64,000 bases of DNA from assembly GCA_025363815.1 (NCBI GenBank), contig JANYLB010000012.1, positions 14,085 to 78,084 on the forward strand, given 5' to 3'. Numbering within the stretch: position 1 is the first letter of the stretch; the number at the start of each line of letters is the position of its first letter. Positions 58,616 to 64,000 of the stretch are shown piece by piece. The translations under genes were made by a program, and so were the position numbers. Source of the stretch: Actinomycetes bacterium. Lineage in GTDB: Bacteria > Actinomycetota > Acidimicrobiia > IMCC26256 > JANYLB01. The notes beneath the pieces were generated by a model, which was not told the origin of the DNA, made no database searches, and was given only the letters and a program-made list of their open reading frames with translations.

Positions 58616-59521
58616 ATGGGAATCTGCGAGGGACGCGTCGTCATCGTCACCGGGGCCGGCCGAGGGATCGGCCGCGGCCACGCGCTGGAGTTCGCCCGCC
58701 AGGGCGCCAAGGTGGTTGTCAACGACCTCGGAGCCGAGCTCGACGGCTCGGGTGGCTCGACGGGACCCGCCGGTGAGGTCGTCGACGAGATCAGGGCAGC
58801 GGGCGGCCAGGCGGTCGCCAATGGCGACGACGTCGCCGACTGGAACGGCGCCCAGGCCATCGTGGGTTCGGCAATCGACGCCTTCGGCGGCCTCGACGTC
58901 GTCGTGAACAACGCCGGGTTCCTGCGCGATCGGATGGTCGTGGGTACCAGCGAAGACGAGTGGGACGCGGTGATCCGGGTCCACCTGAAGGGGCACTTCT
59001 GCGTGACCCGCTTCGCCGGCGCCTACTGGCGCGAGCAGGCCAAAGCCGGCGCTCCGGTCGACGGTCGCATCATCAACACCAGCTCGGGCGCGGGTCTCCT
59101 CGGCAGCGTCGGCCAAGGCGCCTACTCGGCCGCGAAGGCCGGCATCGCCGCGCTCACGCTCGTTGAGGCAGCCGAGCTGGGGCGTTACGGCGTGACCGCG
59201 AACGCGATCGCACCCGCGGCTCGCACCCGGATGACCGAAGCAGTCTTCGCACAGACCATGGCCAAGCCCGACGAAGGGTTCGACGTCATGGCACCAGAGA
59301 ACGTCGCTCCGCTCGTCGTCTGGCTCGGCAGCGTTGACTCCGTCGACATCACCGGGCGGGTGTTCGAGGTAGAGGGCGGCATCCTCTCCGTCGCCGACGG
59401 ATGGCAACACGGCCGGACGATCGACCAAGGCCGCCGTTGGGAGCCCGACGAGATCGGCGCCGCAGTGCGTGACCTAATCGCTCAGGCGCCCGAACCCGCA
59501 GCGGTCTACGGCGCGAGCTGA
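58616..59521 (+). CDS. SDR, Rv3548c-like (steroid C/D-ring cluster)
   Basis: MGICEGRVVIVTGAGRGIG, NNAGFLRDRM, VHLKGHF, YSAAK, AARTRMTE. Confidence 0.88.
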   Translation: MGICEGRVVIVTGAGRGIGRGHALEFARQGAKVVVNDLGAELDGSGGSTGPAGEVVDEIRAAGGQAVANGDDVADWNGAQAIVGSAIDAFGGLDVVVNNAGFLRDRMVVGTSEDEWDAVIRVHLKGHFCVTRFAGAYWREQAKAGAPVDGRIINTSSGAGLLGSVGQGAYSAAKAGIAALTLVEAAELGRYGVTANAIAPAARTRMTEAVFAQTMAKPDEGFDVMAPENVAPLVVWLGSVDSVDITGRVFEVEGGILSVADGWQHGRTIDQGRRWEPDEIGAAVRDLIAQAPEPAAVYGAS

Positions 59522-59546
59522 CCTCGCCTCACCTACCCCACCCGGG

Positions 59547-60761
59547 CTAGGTGAGGCGTTCGACGATCATCGCCATGCCCTGACCGCCACCGACGCACAT
59601 CGTCTCGAGCCCGTAGCGTCCGCCCCGGTCCTCCAGGCCGTTCAGGAGCGTTGTCATGATGCGAGCGCCGGTCATGCCGAACGGGTGGCCGAGTGCGATG
59701 GCACCGCCGTTCACATTGAGCTTCTCCCACGGGATTCCGAGGTGCTTCGCCGACGGAACGACCTGCGCCGCGAAGGCCTCGTTGATCTCGACGAGGTCGA
59801 TGTCGTCGATCGAGAGTCCGGCGCGGGCGAGGGCACTACGGCTCGCGTCGACCGGTCCGAGCCCCATGATCTCTGGGTCCAGCGCGGAGACCCCGCTCGA
59901 AACGATCCGAGCGATGGGGGTGATGCCGAGCTGCGTTGCTCTGGTGTCGCTCATGACCACAACGGCCGCGGCACCGTCGTTCAGTGGACACGCGTTACCC
60001 GCCGTGACCGAACCGTCGGGGCGGAACACGGGCTTCAAACCCGCGAGCTTCTCGACGGTCGTGCCGTCACGTGGACAGTCGTCGATCGCGACGACAGCGC
60101 CGTCGGGTGTGGTGATCGGGGTGATCTCCCGCTCGAAGAAGCCATTGCCCTGTGCCGCTACGGCCCGCTGCTGCGACCGCGCCGCGAACTCGTCCATCTC
60201 GTTGCGCGTCACGCCTTCGATCTCGGCAACGTTCTCCGCTGTCTGACCCATCGCGATGTAGACGTCAGGGACGCCGGCGAACGGTGTCCACGCGCCTTGC
60301 CCGCCGGCAGAGCGGGCCTTGCTGCGCGCCATCGCGTCGCCGTGCACCGCCTTGTTGATCGTTCCGGGCATGCCGTCGGACTTGCCCAGACCGAATCGGC
60401 TCACGCACTCGACGCCCGCCGCGATGAACACGTCGCCTTCGTCGGCGCGGATCGCGTGCGCAGCCATGCGGATGGTCTGCAGCGATGACGAGCAGTACCG
60501 GTTGACGGTCGTGCCCGGCACCCCCGCCAGTCCGGCCTGAATGCTGACAACCCGAGCGAGGTTGTACCCCGCCTCCCCTGCCGGCTGGGCGCAGCCCAAC
60601 ATCAGGTCTTCGATCTCGCCCGGGTCGAGCTGCGGAACCTGGGCCAGCACCGCGCGGACGATCGTCGCGGCGAGGTCATCGGGGCGCACGTCGACCAGCG
60701 ATCCCTTGTTGGCCCTCCCGATCGGGCTTCGGGCGGTGGCGACGATCACGGGAACGGACAT
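59547..60761 (-). CDS. Acetyl-CoA C-acyltransferase (thiolase, FadA-like)
   Basis: RSPIGRANKGSL, NRYCSSSLQT, MGQTAENV, NEAFA, GHPFGMTG, MCVGGGQG; SD AGGAG before ATG 60761. Confidence 0.93.
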   Translation of the reverse strand: MSVPVIVATARSPIGRANKGSLVDVRPDDLAATIVRAVLAQVPQLDPGEIEDLMLGCAQPAGEAGYNLARVVSIQAGLAGVPGTTVNRYCSSSLQTIRMAAHAIRADEGDVFIAAGVECVSRFGLGKSDGMPGTINKAVHGDAMARSKARSAGGQGAWTPFAGVPDVYIAMGQTAENVAEIEGVTRNEMDEFAARSQQRAVAAQGNGFFEREITPITTPDGAVVAIDDCPRDGTTVEKLAGLKPVFRPDGSVTAGNACPLNDGAAAVVVMSDTRATQLGITPIARIVSSGVSALDPEIMGLGPVDASRSALARAGLSIDDIDLVEINEAFAAQVVPSAKHLGIPWEKLNVNGGAIALGHPFGMTGARIMTTLLNGLEDRGGRYGLETMCVGGGQGMAMIVERLT

Positions 60762-60864
60762 GCAGGTCTCCTGGACTGGGGCGGATGCCGACACCCTATT
60801 TGCCCGGGCCGACCGTTTGGCCCACGGAGATCCACCGACCGGTCCGAATCGCTACCCTCGCAGC

Positions 60865-61710
60865 ATGCGCACCCGAGGCGGGGTCGAGGATCTCGTCGTC
60901 GTCGACCTCGACGATCCTGACGAAGTCGCGAGTCGAGGCCCGACAGCACAGCGCCACCACTTCGAGGATCGCTACGCGGAGCTGCCTTTCGGCCTCGGGA
61001 CGGTCCCTCGCCGCCTCGACCACACCCCCTGGTACCTGCGCCCACGCGTCTTGGCCTTCATCGCGATCGCACTGATCGGCTTCGTTGCTCTCGCCGGCGG
61101 CAGCGGCAGCGAAGTGGCGGGTGAGCCCGCCCTCCCCTTGATCGAGGCCCGCACGCACGTGCACCTGATACTGCAACACAACCAGACGTCGACAGTCCTC
61201 GATGTCGACGGTGCCCTCCTGCGACCGGTTCTGCCGTCCGACATCTCGATGTGTTGCCAGGCGCCGGAGCCCACCGACACCGTCGGCACCTCACCCGGCC
61301 GAGAGCTGATCGCGCGGGGCAGGCGAATCATCGCCTGGCTGTCCATTTCGTGCCGCCGGTGCGCGCTCACCGCCACCGACACGTCGTCGGGCCGCACCCG
61401 TACGATCGCCACCTACGACCCAGGAGGCCGCCCGCTCGCGGCCTCGATATCGCCGGACGAGCGATCCGTGGCCCTGCTCGACTCCACCGGGATCGGCCGC
61501 ATGGGTGTCCGTGTCGTGAACCTTCGTACCGGCCGGGTCACCACCGCCGGTGTCGTCACCAACAGGGCCCTGATGACCTGGTCCCGTGACGGTCGTTGGC
61601 TCTTCGCACCGTCGGGGATCGATCTCGTCGCGATCGACAGCCGGCGAGGTCTCGCCGCCAGGGTCGACCTGCACGTTCCACCATTCGAGAGCTTCGGAGC
61701 TAGCTTCTGA
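60865..61710 (+). CDS. Hypothetical membrane-anchored protein with partial beta-propeller (TolB/WD40-like) repeats
   Basis: Single TM VLAFIAIALIGFVALAG; ISPDERSVA and WSRDGRWLF blade motifs; TACCCT 6 nt before ATG. Confidence 0.6.
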   Translation: MRTRGGVEDLVVVDLDDPDEVASRGPTAQRHHFEDRYAELPFGLGTVPRRLDHTPWYLRPRVLAFIAIALIGFVALAGGSGSEVAGEPALPLIEARTHVHLILQHNQTSTVLDVDGALLRPVLPSDISMCCQAPEPTDTVGTSPGRELIARGRRIIAWLSISCRRCALTATDTSSGRTRTIATYDPGGRPLAASISPDERSVALLDSTGIGRMGVRVVNLRTGRVTTAGVVTNRALMTWSRDGRWLFAPSGIDLVAIDSRRGLAARVDLHVPPFESFGASF

Positions 61711-61749
61711 GCGCACAAGGTCGACGCCCCGAGCCGCCGGCACAAGCCA

Positions 61750-62532
61750 CTACGCGGGCATGAAGGCGCCGCCATCGACGCAGAGGACCTGACCGGTCAC
61801 GAGCCTGGCGTCGTCGGAGGCGAAGTACACCGCAGTTCCGGTTAGGTCTTCCGGCTCGAGCTTCTTCTTCATCGCGCTCATGAACTCGGGGATCATGTCG
61901 ATGAACTCCGGCGGCACGATCTTCTTCGTTGCCTCGGTCATCGTTACCCCGGGCGCGATGCAGTTCACGGTGACGTTGTAAGGGCCGAGCTGTCCGGCGA
62001 GGAACTTGGTGAGCCCGATGACGCCCCACTTGGTCTGGCTGTAGCTGAACGCGCTGACCTCGTGGAACTCCCCCATGTCCATCGGGATGTTGTATGTGTA
62101 TGCCGCACCCGAAGACTGGTTGATGATCCGACCACCGCCGTTCTTCACCATCACCGGCGCGCACGCCCTGGCCATGAGCCAGGCGCCGTGGAGGTTAACG
62201 TTGAACACCATCTTCAGGTACTCGAAATCGTTGTTCGCGTTGTCGATGTCGTAGTAGATCGCCGCGTTGTTGATGAGGATGTCGATCGTGCCGTGCTGAG
62301 CCTCGACCGCGGCGGCGCACGCATTGGCCGACTCCTCACTCGAGATGTCTGTCTTCACGAACGTCGCGTCACCCTGGCCTGCGAGCCGCTTCATCGCGGA
62401 GGCGGCTCGTTCCTCGTTGAGCTCCGCGACCACGACCTTCGCCCCTTCGGCGAGGAACCGCTCCGCGTACGCGAGGCCGATGCCCTGGCCCGCGCCGGTG
62501 ATGATGGCGACCTTGTCGTCGAGACGACCCAT
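61750..62532 (-). CDS. SDR oxidoreductase
   Basis: TGAGQGIG, NNAA, YSQTK, NCIAPG, TGQVLCVDGG. Confidence 0.92.
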   Translation of the reverse strand: MGRLDDKVAIITGAGQGIGLAYAERFLAEGAKVVVAELNEERAASAMKRLAGQGDATFVKTDISSEESANACAAAVEAQHGTIDILINNAAIYYDIDNANNDFEYLKMVFNVNLHGAWLMARACAPVMVKNGGGRIINQSSGAAYTYNIPMDMGEFHEVSAFSYSQTKWGVIGLTKFLAGQLGPYNVTVNCIAPGVTMTEATKKIVPPEFIDMIPEFMSAMKKKLEPEDLTGTAVYFASDDARLVTGQVLCVDGGAFMPA

Positions 62533-62611
62533 GATGATGCTCCTTCTTGAGATGTCGGCCTTGAGGTGTCGGCTCGCCGACGGGTTGGCGGACCGAGCTG
62601 TTGATCGGGGC

Positions 62612-63112
62612 TTACTTGGGCTTGCGAGCGATGAGGTTGAACGTCTCGGTCACGACCGGTGTGCCGTCGGCGGCGTCGGTCCACTTCGTGGTGATCACCA
62701 CGAAGGTCATGAGCGCACTGTCGGATTCCTTCTCGTAGATGTCGACGACCTCGCCCGCGCCATCGAGCACCATCCCGACCTCGACGGTTGCGTGGTAGGT
62801 GAACTCCTGCTCGCCATGCAGCACGAGCGCGCCCTGACCGAACAGCGTCCCCATCACCTTGTGCATGGGATTCTCGCCGCCGGTCGGGTCAGCAGGCTGC
62901 TCCTCGGCGAACGATCCCCAGAACGGCAACGCGAACGTGAACGTGGGCGGCGCGGGGATGTTCCCGAAGCCCGCTGCAGCTGCGGCCGCGGCATCGTGGT
63001 ACACGGGGTTGTCGTCCTTCACCGCGTCCGCGAACGCGGTAACCGGCCCGCGTTCAACGCGCACCCGCTTCGCCGTCGTGGGCTTACCGATGATGCTCCT
63101 GTCGACTGCCAT
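62612..63112 (-). CDS. MaoC N-terminal-type dehydratase subunit
   Basis: VERGPVTAFA, NPVY, PAPPTF, LHGEQEFTY. Confidence 0.88.
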   Translation of the reverse strand: MAVDRSIIGKPTTAKRVRVERGPVTAFADAVKDDNPVYHDAAAAAAAGFGNIPAPPTFTFALPFWGSFAEEQPADPTGGENPMHKVMGTLFGQGALVLHGEQEFTYHATVEVGMVLDGAGEVVDIYEKESDSALMTFVVITTKWTDAADGTPVVTETFNLIARKPK

Positions 63113-63158
63113 CTCTGTCCGCTCCCTCTTGGCGCCACGCTGCGGGTGCCGATTATGG

Positions 63159-63172
63159 TGACGCCGGCGTCA
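63159..63172. promoter_or_regulatory. Perfect palindrome TGAC-GCCGGC-GTCA
   Basis: Centre of divergent MaoC/SDR intergenic region. Confidence 0.5.
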
Positions 63173-63201
63173 GTTTTCATTTCCGGGGGAGGATCACGCA
63201 A

Positions 63202-64000
63202 ATGGGCATGCTCGACGGCAAGGTTGCCATCGTCACGGGAGCCGGAAACGGGGTCGGGCGCGGCGAAGCCGTGATGCTCGCCGACCACGGCGCGAAGGTG
63301 GTTGTCAACGACCTAGGCACCTCGGTCAGCGGCGACGGCGCCGACCAGAAGATCGCCGATCAGGTGGTCGAGGTCATCAAGAGCCGAGGCGGTGAGGCAG
63401 TCGCGAACGGCGACAGCGTCTCCGATTACGACGGCGCCAAGAACATCGTCAAGACCGCCATCGATACCTTCGGGCGGCTCGACATCCTCGTCAACAACGC
63501 CGGGGTCCTGCGAGACAAGATGATGTTCTCGATGGCGCCAGAAGACTTCGACGCCGTGATCAAGGTCCACCTCTACGGAGGGTGGAACACGATGCGTCAT
63601 GCGTCGGAGTACTGGCGCAACGAGTCGAAGGAAGGCCGCCAGCCGAGCGCCGCGATCATCAACACCGTCTCCAGTGCAGGCCTCCAGGGGCAGGCGAGCC
63701 AGATCAACTACGGCGCGGCCAAAGCCGGGATCGCCGCAATGACTGTCATCGCCAGCCTTGAGCTCAGCCGCTACGGCGTGCGAGCCAACTGCATCGGCCC
63801 CGGCGGTTTGACCCGCATGGTCGGTCAGACCATGAAAGATGTCGAGGTTCGCAACCCCGAGGAATACGAGACGTTCGACCGCATGAACCCGGGCAACTCC
63901 GCCCCCGCGGTCGTCTGGCTCGCCTCCGACGACTCGAAGCCGATCACGGGCCAGGTGCTCCGAATGGTCGGAAACTCCCTCTGCGTGTACAAGCCGTGGG
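63202..64000 (+). CDS. SDR (hsd4A/Rv3548c-like), 3' truncated by window end; absent from ORF track
   Basis: SD GGAGG then [41 protein letters not shown]; frame open to 64000. Confidence 0.9.
   Translation, partial: MGMLDGKVAIVTGAGNGVGRGEAVMLADHGAKVVVNDLGTSVSGDGADQKIADQVVEVIKSRGGEAVANGDSVSDYDGAKNIVKTAIDTFGRLDILVNNAGVLRDKMMFSMAPEDFDAVIKVHLYGGWNTMRHASEYWRNESKEGRQPSAAIINTVSSAGLQGQASQINYGAAKAGIAAMTVIASLELSRYGVRANCIGPGGLTRMVGQTMKDVEVRNPEEYETFDRMNPGNSAPAVVWLASDDSKPITGQVLRMVGNSLCVYKPW

Noticed and set aside
1-64000. CRISPR array, tRNA/rRNA, prophage, IS or defence system
   Set aside because: No regularly spaced repeats, RNA gene signatures, integrase/transposase or nuclease motifs were seen by eye; intergenic gaps are short

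Overview
High-GC, gene-dense actinobacterial chromosomal segment; gene content and leaderless TANNNT promoters suggest Acidimicrobiia (inference). About 66 CDS; no rRNA, tRNA, CRISPR array, transposase or phage gene was seen. 1-12 kb is housekeeping (transglutaminase-like, DUF3040, dinB/NUDIX/ppm1, tesB, glpK, plsC-like, TetR, alaC). From 12.1 kb to the end it is mostly a sterol/steroid catabolic supercluster. It has a side-chain module (Rieske oxygenase, SDR, ltp3/ltp4/DUF35, acyl-CoA ligase, echA19, thioesterase, kstR) with KstR boxes (TnnAACnnGTTnnA), and the conserved pimB'-SRPBCC-ArsA-glucokinase block. It also has a FdxD-like ferredoxin plus reductase, an uncharacterised ADP-forming ligase/hydratase/Ltp2-like aldolase/DUF35 operon, and C/D-ring (HIP) genes ipdE1, ipdF, echA20, ipdABC, fadE31, fadE32, fadA6. 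Highlights: (i) a palindrome yCTGA-N7-yCAGA before all three C/D-ring operons instead of the mycobacterial KstR2 box; (ii) a MerR regulator divergent from a 46-aa orphan peptide with a textbook MerR promoter, perfect 11-bp operator and consensus CRP site; (iii) a Rieske enzyme that resembles Neverland/DAF-36 more than KshA; (iv) a second TGAC-N6-GTCA motif at four promoter regions. All family assignments come from recognised motifs and recall; no database search was run.
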